From: Gemmatimonadota bacterium
GTDB taxonomy: Bacteria > Latescibacterota > UBA2968 > UBA8231
Direction of reading: 5' to 3'
Assembly (NCBI GenBank): GCA_038153405.1
Contig: JAYOYH010000002.1
Span: 96,001-160,000, forward strand
DNA length: 64,000 bases
Shown: in pieces, positions 27,505 to 37,569 of the stretch
Position numbering within the stretch: position 1 is the first letter of the stretch
Layout of the letters: each line of letters begins with the position of its first letter
Made by a program: the position numbers and the translations under genes
Notes under the pieces: model-generated
Told to the model about the DNA's origin: nothing
The model's database searches: none
Seen by the model: the letters and a program-made list of their open reading frames with translations, nothing else

Positions 27505-28731
27505 ATGGATACAGTACATCTGGCCTGCATTGGCCTGGGAGGACGCGGCACGGGATTGGCCAGCCTAGTTGCCAGTATGGACGATGTGCGCGTCGTCGCC
27601 GTGTGCGACGAATACGCCGATCGCGTTGAACGCGCCGTACAGCGCATTGAAGAGGCACACGGCTATCGCCCGCACGGCTACGCCGACTATCGCCAACTGC
27701 TCAATCGCCAAGACCTAGACGGCGCAATCGTCGCCACGAGTTGGACTACCCACGTAGAGGTCTCTCTGGCCGCGCTGCGCGCAGGATTATACGTGGGCAC
27801 GGAGGTCGGTGGTGCCTCCTCGCTGCAGGAGTGCTGGGAACTCGTGCGCACCAGCGAAGAGACCGGCATGCCGTTTATGCTGCTGGAAAACTGCTGCTAC
27901 GGGCGCGAGGAAATGGCCGTGCTCAACATGGTCAAGCAGGGCCTCTTCGGCGAGTTGATTCACTGCCAGTGTGGATACGAGCACGACCTGCGCTCCGAGA
28001 TTACGCGCGGCGGAGAAAATCGCCACTATCGACTCAATAACTTCACCTACCGCAACGGCGACCTCTATCCCACGCACGGGCTGGGCCCCATCGCCAAAAT
28101 GCTCGACATCAACAAGGGCAATCGCTTTGTCTCTCTAGTCTCGATGAGTTCCAAAGCACGCGGCCTACATCAATACGCGACCGACCAACTCGGGCCCGAC
28201 CATCCCCAATTCAACACAGTTTTTAACCAGGGCGATATCACAACTACGATGCTGAAGTGCGCCAACGGCGAGACGGTGTTGCTAACCCACGACTGCTCTC
28301 TGCCGCGACCCTATTCGCGCGCCCAGCGCGTGCAGGGCACCAAAGGGCTGTGGATGGAGGACAAAAACGCGCTGCACTTTGACGGCGGCGGCGAGGACTG
28401 GGTGCCGATGAGCGCCTTTTTCGACGAACACGAACACCCGGTGTGGAAAGACTTTATGGCCGGCGGCGTCAAGGGCGGACACGGCGGCATGGACTGGCTG
28501 GTCCAGCGCGCCTTTATCGAATCCATTAAAGCGCGCCGGCAAACGCCCATCGACGTATACGATTCGGTGACCTGGATGGCCGTCACCGCACTGTCGGAAG
28601 ACTCTATTGCCTGCGGCAGTCAGCCACAGCCCTTTCCCGACTTCACCAACGGCAAGTGGATTCGCACCCGGCCCCAACCCGATCACTACTGGACACTAGA
28701 CGGCGTTTACAACCCACAGCCCACGACATGA
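27505..28731 (+). CDS. Gfo/Idh/MocA oxidoreductase, GH109-like NAD+-dependent glycosidase
   Basis: IGLGGRG, ENCCY, YPTHGLGP, LPRPYSR, GGHGGMD, FPDFTNGKW; AGGAG RBS. Confidence 0.88.
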   Translation: MDTVHLACIGLGGRGTGLASLVASMDDVRVVAVCDEYADRVERAVQRIEEAHGYRPHGYADYRQLLNRQDLDGAIVATSWTTHVEVSLAALRAGLYVGTEVGGASSLQECWELVRTSEETGMPFMLLENCCYGREEMAVLNMVKQGLFGELIHCQCGYEHDLRSEITRGGENRHYRLNNFTYRNGDLYPTHGLGPIAKMLDINKGNRFVSLVSMSSKARGLHQYATDQLGPDHPQFNTVFNQGDITTTMLKCANGETVLLTHDCSLPRPYSRAQRVQGTKGLWMEDKNALHFDGGGEDWVPMSAFFDEHEHPVWKDFMAGGVKGGHGGMDWLVQRAFIESIKARRQTPIDVYDSVTWMAVTALSEDSIACGSQPQPFPDFTNGKWIRTRPQPDHYWTLDGVYNPQPTT

Positions 28732-28944
28732 CGGGAGCGCCCCGCAGCACTACGCCCAATGCTTGTAACACAGCGCCGTAAAGAGCGGCAAAAAGTCGCA
28801 ATTTAACATGTTGTTTTTATTACCATAAGACATCTACGCTGACGAGTATGACAACCCCAATTTTTCTCGTTGACTTTTGGTCGGCAGGCCTTCTAATTCA
28901 AATAGAGGCGAACTTCTACACACCACGAATTAGGAGGATGTACC

Positions 28945-29214
28945 ATGCCCGCTGCCCAAAAGAGCAGGGTTAATTTCGTTCTTCACGCCCCCGGTGCGCG
29001 CGAAGTGTATCTCGCCGGCACTTTCAACGATTGGAATCCGCAGTCGCGGCCCCTGCGCTGCGATAAAAAAGGCAATTGGCGCACTTGGATGAATCTGCCC
29101 AATGGGCAGCATGAGTACCGTTTCATCGTCAATGGCGACTGGCAGGAAGATCCGCAAGCCGACGAGCGCGCGGTAAATCCCTACGGAGCGTTTAACTCGG
29201 TAGTCCACGTTTAA
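28945..29214 (+). CDS. Stand-alone CBM48/AMPK-type glycogen-binding (early-set) domain protein
   Basis: APGAREVYLAGTFNDW, HEYRFIVNGDWQEDP, NPYGAFNSV; AGGAGG RBS. Confidence 0.9.
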   Translation: MPAAQKSRVNFVLHAPGAREVYLAGTFNDWNPQSRPLRCDKKGNWRTWMNLPNGQHEYRFIVNGDWQEDPQADERAVNPYGAFNSVVHV

Positions 29215-29225
29215 GACGATGCTCC

Positions 29226-29254
29226 TCGCCTGGAGCCGCGCTCCAGGCGGGGGT
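29226..29254. terminator. GC-rich hairpin between convergent genes, possible terminator
   Basis: CGCCTGGAGC-cgc-GCTCCAGGCG; weak U tract. Confidence 0.45.
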
Positions 29255-29656
29255 TCAATCGAGCATCCACACCTGCACGTCGCCATTGCCGTCTTCCAAC
29301 ACCAGTTCCCTCCCCGCTAACCGCCAGCGCACCCGGCGTTCGCCTGCCGCACCAAAGTACGCACCGCGCAGCACCAGTTCCCCCTCCTCTACAGACCACG
29401 TGCCCGGGAAACTGCGCTGTCCGCTGCCTTCTAAAAACAGCGTCATAGCCAAGACGCCATCCGCTTCGAGTCGCATGTGGACGCGGACGGGTCCCAGCAC
29501 TTCGTCCACTCCCTCTGTAACCCACACGCCCAACAGCTTTGCTTCTGGACTCTCCTCTACGACTGGCTCTACTCCTGTTTTTTCCCCGCACCCCCATAGG
29601 GCAGCGAGCAAAAAGAGCAATGTCCCCTGCCGGGCGCACGCGCGAGTAGCGCTCAC
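29255..29656 (-). CDS. Putative lipoprotein, lipocalin-like beta fold
   Basis: Lipobox LWGC; LLGVW and GTW motifs. Confidence 0.6.
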   Translation of the reverse strand: MSATRACARQGTLLFLLAALWGCGEKTGVEPVVEESPEAKLLGVWVTEGVDEVLGPVRVHMRLEADGVLAMTLFLEGSGQRSFPGTWSVEEGELVLRGAYFGAAGERRVRWRLAGRELVLEDGNGDVQVWMLD

Positions 29657-29877
29657 CCGTCTCCCCCCATACCCACGGCCTGAGCGCGCACTGCCGCGGC
29701 AATGACCTCTTCACGGAGGTCGTCTGGGATGGCGTCAAATTCGATATTGAACGCATCGTCCGGCAGGACAGCGCGTTGGGCAATCCAGCCGTCGGCCTGC
29801 CGTTTCCAATGCAAAACGCCGGATCCCACACGCGAGTAAAAGGCGCCTTCGTCCCGGCCATCTCGATACAATTTCAT
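29653..29877 (-). CDS. Small hypothetical protein
   Basis: 74 aa from MKLYRD with GGGAGAG RBS; 4-nt overlap with the lipoprotein gene. Confidence 0.55.
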   Translation of the reverse strand: MKLYRDGRDEGAFYSRVGSGVLHWKRQADGWIAQRAVLPDDAFNIEFDAIPDDLREEVIAAAVRAQAVGMGGDG

Positions 29878-30041
29878 GCGCTCTCCCAGGTTGTATACAG
29901 GCCAATTGATCCAGCGTATGACCGTCTCAAGATAGCCCAAAGCACGCGGGCAAACAACCGGGCTTCGGTTGCTTTATACCCCCCAGATCGTACTTTATGG
30001 ACCGGCACGCAGCACCTGCCATATCTCTATTAGGAGTCGCT

Positions 30042-31709
30042 ATGTCCATCTCCACCACCCGGCACGCCGGCCCCCTAGACGGGGCCATGCAACAGGCCGT
30101 AGACGACGTGCTACGGCGCGAAATCGTCGCGCGTATTGCCGCGCGCGACCACGCCGTATGGCGCCCCACCGCGGATGAAATCTCCAACCGCTTAGGCTGG
30201 CTAGACTGCCCCCACACCATGGTCGACAGCCTGGGCGAAATCCGCCGCGTGGTGCGGGAAACGCGCGCCGACGGCCTGCGCCATGCCCTGCTACTGGGCA
30301 TGGGCGGATCGAGCCTTGCCCCAGAAGTATTCCGCCAAGTACTCGGCGTAGCCGATGGCTACCTCAATCTCGAAGTGCTCGACAGCACGCACCCAGAGTC
30401 CGTGTTGGCCAAAGCCAACGCCCTGGATCCCAGCCGCACGCTCTACATTCCAGCTACTAAATCGGGCGGCACGGTAGAGACGCTTTCGTTTCTCAAATTC
30501 TTTTACAGGCACGTCGCCAACGCGCTGGGCACGGCGCAGGCCGGACGGCATTTTATCGCTATAACTGACCCCGGCAGCGGCCTAGCCGATGCCGCACGCG
30601 CGCTGAACTTTCGCCATACCTTTCTCAACGATCCCCACATCGGCGGGCGCTATTCGGCGCTATCGCACTTTGGCCTTGTTCCTGCGGCAATGCTCGGCGT
30701 CGACCTAGACGACCTGCTCGAACGCGCCCGCAGGGCGAGCGAACAGACCCAGCCAGCCGTCGAACTCGGCGCCTTTATGGGCGCGGGAGCCGCACAGGGA
30801 CGCGATAAGCTGACGCTGATTGCCTCGCCGCCCCTCGCACCGGTCGGCACCTGGGTAGAGCAGCTCATAGCCGAGAGCACCGGCAAGGAAGGCAAGGGCA
30901 TTGTACCTGTCGAAGGAGAACCGTTCCTCGAGCCATCGGCCTATGGCAGCGACCGGCTCTTTGTCTATTTGCGCTGCGACGATGCACTCGACGACCGCGC
31001 CGGCGCACTCGCGGCGGCAGGCCATCCTCTGCTGTGCTTGGAACTGGACGACTTAAACGACCTCGGAGCAGCATTCTACCAGTGGGAATTGGCCACGGCC
31101 ATTGCCGGCCACCTCATGGATATTCACCCCTTTGACCAACCGGATGTCGAGGCCGCTAAGGTGCTGGCTCGAGATATGGTACAGGCCTACCAGCAGCGCG
31201 GCGCGCTGCCGAGCGAACCGCCGATAGCCGTGCATGGCTCGCTCAGCGCCTTTGGCAGTGAACCGGCCACATCGCCCGACCAAGCCCTGCGCGCGCTCTT
31301 GGCACAGGGACAGCCCAATTGCTCCTATATTGCCCTGCAGGCCTATCTCAACCCGACGCCGGAAATAGGCCAACTCTTAGCTGCACTGCGCCGTACCCTG
31401 CAGACGAGCCGGGGTCTGGCCACGACGCTGGGCTACGGCCCGCGCTTCCTGCACTCCACCGGCCAATTGCACAAAGGCGATGCCGGCCACGGCCTCTTCT
31501 TGCAGCTGACGGCTACGACGACCGTCGACGCCCCCATTCCCGATGCGGCCGACGGCGACGCTTCCGGCCTGAGCTTTGGCGTTTTAATCGCCGCTCAGGC
31601 CCAAGGAGATGCCAGCGCGCTACGCAAAGCCGGTCGCCGCGTCCTGCGCATCGACCTGGGCTGCGATGCGGCAGCAGGCCTGCGCGCGCTCACCTCTCAA
31701 TTGAACTAA
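30042..31709 (+). CDS. pgi: Glucose-6-phosphate isomerase (type found in Tal-Pgi fusions, here without transaldolase)
   Basis: [68 protein letters not shown]. Confidence 0.88.
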   Translation: MSISTTRHAGPLDGAMQQAVDDVLRREIVARIAARDHAVWRPTADEISNRLGWLDCPHTMVDSLGEIRRVVRETRADGLRHALLLGMGGSSLAPEVFRQVLGVADGYLNLEVLDSTHPESVLAKANALDPSRTLYIPATKSGGTVETLSFLKFFYRHVANALGTAQAGRHFIAITDPGSGLADAARALNFRHTFLNDPHIGGRYSALSHFGLVPAAMLGVDLDDLLERARRASEQTQPAVELGAFMGAGAAQGRDKLTLIASPPLAPVGTWVEQLIAESTGKEGKGIVPVEGEPFLEPSAYGSDRLFVYLRCDDALDDRAGALAAAGHPLLCLELDDLNDLGAAFYQWELATAIAGHLMDIHPFDQPDVEAAKVLARDMVQAYQQRGALPSEPPIAVHGSLSAFGSEPATSPDQALRALLAQGQPNCSYIALQAYLNPTPEIGQLLAALRRTLQTSRGLATTLGYGPRFLHSTGQLHKGDAGHGLFLQLTATTTVDAPIPDAADGDASGLSFGVLIAAQAQGDASALRKAGRRVLRIDLGCDAAAGLRALTSQLN

Positions 31710-31743
31710 ATGCGAACACCATCCTAACGAAAGCGAACGCAAC

Positions 31744-33201
31744 ATGAGCCAAGCAGATATCGGCCTTATTGGACTCGCCGTCATGGGCGAGAATTTAGTG
31801 CTCAACATGGCCAGCCACTCCATTCGCGTAGCCGTCTACAACCGCACGACCGCGCGCGTGGACGCCTTCTTAGCCGGGCGCGCCCAGGGTCAACCCATCG
31901 TCGGCGCCCACTCGCCCGAGGAACTGGTAGCGCTGCTTAAAAAACCGCGCCGCATTATGCTAATGGTTCAGGCCGGCGCCGCCGTAGACCGCGTCATCGA
32001 GCAACTGCTGCCACTGCTCGATCCCGGCGACATCATCATCGACGGCGGCAACTCCAACTACCAAGACACCGTGCGCCGCACCAGAGAGCTAACGGAGAAG
32101 GGATTTCTCTATATCGGCACAGGCGTTTCCGGCGGAGAGGAAGGCGCGCTCAAAGGCCCAAGTATTATGCCCGGCGGCAATCCCCAGGCCTGGCCCCATG
32201 TCAAAGACATCTTTCAGGCCATCGCCGCCCGAGTCGAAGACGGCAGTCCGTGCTGTGACTGGGTGGGCGACGACGGCGCCGGCCACTATGTAAAGATGAT
32301 TCACAACGGCATCGAGTACGGCGACATGCAGATGATTTGCGAAGCATATGATGTCATGCGCCAAGTGCTGGGCATGCAACCGGCGCAGATGGGCCAAGTC
32401 TTTGCCGAGTGGAATGGGGGCGAACTGGACAGCTACCTCATTGAAATAACCGCCGAGATACTAGCCAAGACCGACGACGAAAGCGGCAAGCCCATGATCG
32501 ATCTCATACTCGATGCGGCCGGGCAAAAGGGCACGGGCAAGTGGACCGGCATTGATGCGCTACAGCTAGGTGCCGTAGCCACCGCGATTACCGAAGCCGT
32601 GTATGCGCGCAGCCTGTCTGCGCTTAAAGAAGAGCGGGTCGCCGCCTCCGCGGTCTTAGAAGGACCGCCGGCTACGCCCTTCAACGGCGATCGCAGCGCC
32701 TTTATAGAAGACGTGCGCCGCGCCCTATACGCATCGAAAATCTGTTCCTATGCACAGGGATTCCAGCTCCTGCGCATGGCCGCAGACGAATACGGTTGGC
32801 AGCTAAATTTTGGCAGCATCGCGTTGATGTGGCGGGGGGGATGCATTATCCGCGCCCAATTTCTCGGACGCATTAAAGAAGCCTTTGACGCCAATCCGCA
32901 GTTGGCCAACCTGCTGTTAGCGCCCTACTTCCAACAGGCCCTTGCCCAATCGCAGGCGTCGTGGCGCCGGGTCGTGGCCAAGGCAGTCGAATGCGGCGTG
33001 CCGGTGCCGGCCTTTAGCAGCGCCCTGGCTTATTTCGACGGCTACCGCTCGGCGCAGCTGCCCGCCAATTTGCTGCAGGCGCAGCGCGATTATTTTGGCG
33101 CCCACACCTACGAGCGCGTAGACAGGCCGCGCGGTGAATTCTTTCACACCAACTGGACGGGCCGCGGCGGCGACACCGCTTCTACCGCCTATAATGCGTA
33201 A
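31744..33201 (+). CDS. gnd: 6-phosphogluconate dehydrogenase, decarboxylating (NADP+)
   Basis: [53 protein letters not shown]. Confidence 0.98.
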   Translation: MSQADIGLIGLAVMGENLVLNMASHSIRVAVYNRTTARVDAFLAGRAQGQPIVGAHSPEELVALLKKPRRIMLMVQAGAAVDRVIEQLLPLLDPGDIIIDGGNSNYQDTVRRTRELTEKGFLYIGTGVSGGEEGALKGPSIMPGGNPQAWPHVKDIFQAIAARVEDGSPCCDWVGDDGAGHYVKMIHNGIEYGDMQMICEAYDVMRQVLGMQPAQMGQVFAEWNGGELDSYLIEITAEILAKTDDESGKPMIDLILDAAGQKGTGKWTGIDALQLGAVATAITEAVYARSLSALKEERVAASAVLEGPPATPFNGDRSAFIEDVRRALYASKICSYAQGFQLLRMAADEYGWQLNFGSIALMWRGGCIIRAQFLGRIKEAFDANPQLANLLLAPYFQQALAQSQASWRRVVAKAVECGVPVPAFSSALAYFDGYRSAQLPANLLQAQRDYFGAHTYERVDRPRGEFFHTNWTGRGGDTASTAYNA

Positions 33202-33233
33202 AGCCTAGCCTCCTGCAAGAGCGCGAGCGCAGA

Positions 33234-34649
33234 CTAAAGAGGCCAGTGCATGCCGCGCTGCCCCGACAGGCCCTTCGAGTCCAACGGCAGCATCGGCTCG
33301 GCCGGTAAGCCGGCCAACGCGCCGTCGACGACCCACGCACGGTCCTCGCCGCGCAGCTGCTCTGCCAGTAGCCCTTCCATATGGCGGCGACGATCGGCGT
33401 ATTCGCTTTTTGCAGACAGGTCGACCAGTTCCTCTGGGTCTTCTTCTAGGTCAAATAGCTGCACCGCATTGCCCAGTGGGTAGTAAATTAGCTTAAAGCG
33501 GCCAGCGTGTAGCATGCGGGTAGCGCGCGCCCCTCGACCGACTTCGCCGTAGAGATAGTCCCGCCGCGCTCCCGACAGCATGCAGCGACCCTCCACGCTG
33601 TCGGGAACGGCCAAACCGGCCATGTTCAGCAGCGTCGGCATTACATCCTGCCAGCCGACGAGCCGATCGTCGACGCAGCCGCAACCGACGTCTTGGCCTT
33701 CCCTAGCCCCGACCAAAACCATCGGAACGCGAGCCGATTCTTCGTAGTAGAGTCTCTTTGCCCACAGTCCGTGCTTTCCCAGCATATCGCCGTGATCCGA
33801 AGTAAAGAGCACAATTGTGTCGTCTAGTATGCCCTGCTCGCGCAGGGTGCCGATAATCACCCGCAGTTGATGGTCGATATGAGTGCTCAAGGCATAGAAC
33901 GCGCGCCGCGCCGCGCGCGTGGCGTAGTCGCTGAATAGCTCGCCCCCATGCCGGCGCGCGCGCAGCGCAAGGGGCACGCTCTCTGGGTCTTCTGCCCACT
34001 CCCCCACGCTTGGCGTAGGCACCGATAATTCGCGATACATATTCCAGTAGAAGTCGAGTGGAGCCAGCGGTGGATGCGGGTGGGTGTAAGAGGCATACCA
34101 AAGGGATGGACGCGTTGGGTCACGGCGCTGAATCGTGCGCACGACATTCCGCGTTATCCAGTTGGTCACATGCGTTTCTTCCGGCAGATGCCAGGTGCGA
34201 TTGACATACTCATTATTTCCCATGCCGTGCAGGAACTGCGCTCCGCCGTATCCCCGTTCGGCCAGATAGGCTTCGTAATCGTCAACTACGCCCCACTGCA
34301 CGCGACCTTCCTCACACAGCAGCACGTCGTCAAACCCCAAGCGACGGCGCTGGGGCGAGGTGTGCAATTTGCCCACAGCATAGCTCTGGTAACCGGCTGC
34401 GCCAAACGCCTCTGCCAGCAGCATTGCAGGGAGCCTGTCGGGGATAGCGGTCGGGGCTCTGCCCGTCATCAGTGCTCTGCGCGCCGGCACGCAGAGCGGC
34501 GCTTCGCTATAGGCGCGCACATAGCGCCGCCCGCTGCGAGCCAGCGCGTCCAGAGTCGGTGTCTGCACGCACGGGTGGCCTTCGACACCGAGCATATGCC
34601 CCGGCCAGTGGTCAGTTGTAATGAGCAGAATATTAGGTTTTTGCTGCAC
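33234..34649 (-). CDS. Cys-type (formylglycine-dependent) sulfatase
   Basis: KPNILLITTDH, CVPARRALMTG (CxPxR), GKLH, PHPP, TSDHGDMLG. Confidence 0.92.
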   Translation of the reverse strand: MQQKPNILLITTDHWPGHMLGVEGHPCVQTPTLDALARSGRRYVRAYSEAPLCVPARRALMTGRAPTAIPDRLPAMLLAEAFGAAGYQSYAVGKLHTSPQRRRLGFDDVLLCEEGRVQWGVVDDYEAYLAERGYGGAQFLHGMGNNEYVNRTWHLPEETHVTNWITRNVVRTIQRRDPTRPSLWYASYTHPHPPLAPLDFYWNMYRELSVPTPSVGEWAEDPESVPLALRARRHGGELFSDYATRAARRAFYALSTHIDHQLRVIIGTLREQGILDDTIVLFTSDHGDMLGKHGLWAKRLYYEESARVPMVLVGAREGQDVGCGCVDDRLVGWQDVMPTLLNMAGLAVPDSVEGRCMLSGARRDYLYGEVGRGARATRMLHAGRFKLIYYPLGNAVQLFDLEEDPEELVDLSAKSEYADRRRHMEGLLAEQLRGEDRAWVVDGALAGLPAEPMLPLDSKGLSGQRGMHWPL

Positions 34650-34655
34650 GTATCC

Positions 34656-35549
34656 TCAGACTTTCTTACCGGCTAGCTGCGCCCCTATCAATTCGATAAA
34701 TGCGGCGGCGGCCGCCGAGCGCCTGCGATGGCGCCGCTCTATTGTTCCGACCTGCCCCGCGCGCAGGCCATCCACTTGCACGGCGCACAGCGAACCCCGC
34801 TCTGTCTCGACTTCCACCGCAATCCTTGGCACAATTGCAATACCCAAGCCAACTTCGACAAAGCGCTTGAGGACTTCAATGCTGCCCAACTCCATAGCAA
34901 TCTGCGGATGCAGTTCGCGCTGGGCTAGGGCCGCGTCGAGCAACTGACGGCTCGTACTGCCGCGCTGCAGTACAAGCAGGGGATGCTTTATAAGCGCATC
35001 GAGGCGGACGCGCTTGCGCTTGCCCAACGGATGGTCTGGTCGACATACCAACACTTCTCTGCGCTGAAAGAGCACCTCTTCGCACACGTCGCGATGGCGC
35101 ACGGGCAGCGTAACTAGCCCAATGTCGATTTCATCGGCCGCGACTAAGCTAGCGATCTCCAGCGACATGCGGTTGCGAATATCCAGTTCGACGCCCGGAT
35201 GGCGCTGGCGGTACTCTTCAAGAACGCGGGGCAATATATAGGTGCAGTTGGTATCGCTCGTCCCAATGACCAAGCGCCCGCGCAAGGCATCGCGCAGGGC
35301 TGCTATTTCGCTGCGCGCATCGTCTAGGTGGGCAAAGATCTGTCGAACGTGGTCGTAGAGAACTTCGCCCGCCGCCGTCAGGCTAATTTCACGCCGTTTG
35401 CGATCGAACAGCACTTCGCCCAGCTCTCCTTCGAGAGCTTTTATCTGCAGGCTAATAGCCGGCTGCGTTAGGAATAATTTATCGGCCGCACGCGTGAAAC
35501 TCCGCTCTCGAGCGATCTCGTAAAAACCGCGAAGCTGATATAAATCCAT
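34656..35549 (-). CDS. LysR family transcriptional regulator
   Basis: SFTRAADKLFLTQPAISLQIKALE HTH plus substrate-binding domain. Confidence 0.95.
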   Translation of the reverse strand: MDLYQLRGFYEIARERSFTRAADKLFLTQPAISLQIKALEGELGEVLFDRKRREISLTAAGEVLYDHVRQIFAHLDDARSEIAALRDALRGRLVIGTSDTNCTYILPRVLEEYRQRHPGVELDIRNRMSLEIASLVAADEIDIGLVTLPVRHRDVCEEVLFQRREVLVCRPDHPLGKRKRVRLDALIKHPLLVLQRGSTSRQLLDAALAQRELHPQIAMELGSIEVLKRFVEVGLGIAIVPRIAVEVETERGSLCAVQVDGLRAGQVGTIERRHRRRSAAAAAFIELIGAQLAGKKV

Positions 35550-35700
35550 GGGGGGAATCCTCGTTTACGCGCGTTATGCACCAATCAACTATAGTGAAAT
35601 TTACTTATGACCAAAACCATCGACTCATGCCGGCTCCCCTCAAGCGTGCCCGCTGCGCAGCCAATTGCCTATATTTGCGAAGCATTTCAAAGGAGATTCT

Positions 35701-36084
35701 ATGCTCAACCTACTGCTCGTCGGCTGCGGAGGTTTTATCGGCTCTGTTTTGCGCTACCTGACCGGCCACCTAGTGCACGCGCTGCTGCGCCACGCGACGT
35801 TTCCCTATGGCACGCTGGCCGCCAACGTGCTGGGTTGCTTTTTTATTGGACTACTCGGCGGAATAGCAAGTCAGCACACCGAACTATCCTCAGCGACTCG
35901 ACTCTTTTTATTTACCGGAGTCTTGGGGGGATTTACCACGTTTTCTACGTTCAGCTTTGATACATTTAGTATGCTACAAGCGGGTGGACCACAGGCAGTC
36001 CTGCTGGCAATAGTACACATTTTATCCCACCTTTTTCTGGGCTTATTGGCCGTCTACTTTGGCCATTATATATCGCATACATAG
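35701..36084 (+). CDS. crcB: Fluoride channel FluC/CrcB
   Basis: GGFIGSVLRY, FPYGTLAANVLGC, GVLGGFTTFSTF; AAGGAG RBS. Confidence 0.95.
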   Translation: MLNLLLVGCGGFIGSVLRYLTGHLVHALLRHATFPYGTLAANVLGCFFIGLLGGIASQHTELSSATRLFLFTGVLGGFTTFSTFSFDTFSMLQAGGPQAVLLAIVHILSHLFLGLLAVYFGHYISHT

Positions 36085-36244
36085 CTTATCAGTACTGATT
36101 TACAACCACAATTCGAAAGATTATTTTTTGACTTATGTGCAAAATATACTTTTTATTTGGGAGCGCTTTTTTTCGGTAAAAGTGTACCTTCGCAATATAC
36201 TGTACTCCGCACAACACTCATTCGTTAGTAGAAAGGATCTCTTC

Positions 36245-36688
36245 GTGCCCAACATTGCTAACTTGTTAAAAGAGGAAATCGGCCGCTTAGCCCGCAAGGA
36301 AGTTCGCTCTGCCTGTGACCCTCTGCAGCAGCAGCTGCGCGAATTGCGCAAGGCCGTTCGCCAGCAGCGCGAGACCATTGAAGTGCTGCAGCAGCGCATT
36401 GACCAATTGCAGGCACTTTCCACCTCGCCGACGGAAAAAATTCTCGAGGCGCCTTCTATTGATGACGACAAGCAAATACGCTTGTCGGGCAGCTCCATTA
36501 AGAAGCACCGCCAGCGTCTCGGCCTGTCACAGGGCGAACTGGGTCAATTGCTCAACGTCAGCACCAATACGATCGTGCGCTGGGAACAGGGCACCTCAAA
36601 GCCGCGCGCAGCCTACCGGACGGGCTTGGCTCAGTTGCGCACCATGGGCGTTCGCGAAGTGAAAAAATTGCTGGCGGCAATGGAGTAA
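36245..36688 (+). CDS. Coiled-coil + XRE-type HTH DNA-binding protein
   Basis: (M)PNIANLLKEEIGRLARKE, heptad-rich middle, RQRLGLSQGELGQLLNVSTNTIVRWEQG; AAGGA RBS before GTG. Confidence 0.85.
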   Translation: MPNIANLLKEEIGRLARKEVRSACDPLQQQLRELRKAVRQQRETIEVLQQRIDQLQALSTSPTEKILEAPSIDDDKQIRLSGSSIKKHRQRLGLSQGELGQLLNVSTNTIVRWEQGTSKPRAAYRTGLAQLRTMGVREVKKLLAAME

Positions 36689-36708
36689 CGCTTCGCTCAT
36701 CCTACGAC

Positions 36709-36742
36709 AAAAAAAACCGCCCGACAAAAGGGCGGTTTTTTT
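36709..36742. terminator. Bidirectional intrinsic terminator
   Basis: AAAAAAACCGCCC-gacaaaa-GGGCGGTTTTTTT. Confidence 0.85.
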
Positions 36743-37562
36743 ATTTCCACTCCTCTATGTACGCTGCCATGCACTTGGCCAATTCGACATTGTCGTGTTT
36801 TAGCGCACCCCGGCGTACAATCCCCGCTTTGCGCAGCAGCATTTGACGCGCCGCCGCGCGCTTTTCCAAGGCGAGTTGTGGCGCCTCCTGCAGCAGTTTA
36901 TCCAGCGCGTATACGCGAAAGCGATCCATCGCATAATGCGCCTGAGATAGCTGGTCGGCGTGGCCGCCGTATTTCACAATCAGCTTTTCCGGCACGTAGC
37001 ACACCGACCACCGAGCGGCAATGCGCAGCCACAGTTCGTAATCCTCACAGGCGGGAAGCGTCTCGTCGAACAGGCCGACTTGCTCAAACACTTCGCGGTG
37101 AATTGCAATGGACGAGGGCGACATCACGCACAGCGGCAACGCGCGCAAGAAAATATCTCCACCGTATTTCTGGTGGTGCTTATGCGGATTGACGCGCACG
37201 CCGTTGCGCATCCAAATCTCATCCGTATGGCATACAGGCAGGCCGCTTTCGGCGAGCGCACGGCGCTGCTTGAGCACCTTGTCGGCAAGCCATTCGTCGT
37301 CGGAGTCGAGAAAGGCCAACCACTCGCCGCGCGCCACTTCGATGCCGCGGTTGCGGGCCGCTGATACGCCGCTGTTCTGTGCGAGTTCAACCATGCGCAC
37401 CGCGTCGCCAAATGCTTCTTTAACAACGCCTACCGTATCGTCTTCCGACGCGTCGTCGACGACAATCACCTCGCAGTCATCGACGCCCTGCGCCAGAACT
37501 GAGCGGATGGCGCGGCCAATCCACTGGGCGCGATTAAAGACGGGAATAATTACCGAGAACAC
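36741..37562 (-). CDS. Glycosyltransferase family 2
   Basis: SVIIPVFNR, VVDDASED, GVSAARNRG, FLDSDD, CEDYELWLR; likely GTG start at 37562. Confidence 0.92.
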   Translation of the reverse strand: MFSVIIPVFNRAQWIGRAIRSVLAQGVDDCEVIVVDDASEDDTVGVVKEAFGDAVRMVELAQNSGVSAARNRGIEVARGEWLAFLDSDDEWLADKVLKQRRALAESGLPVCHTDEIWMRNGVRVNPHKHHQKYGGDIFLRALPLCVMSPSSIAIHREVFEQVGLFDETLPACEDYELWLRIAARWSVCYVPEKLIVKYGGHADQLSQAHYAMDRFRVYALDKLLQEAPQLALEKRAAARQMLLRKAGIVRRGALKHDNVELAKCMAAYIEEWK

Positions 37563-37569
37563 GGCGATC

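Noticed and set aside
35550..35700. Fluoride riboswitch upstream of crcB
   Set aside because: The conserved GGxGATGG...CC / GCTxATGAC core is not visible
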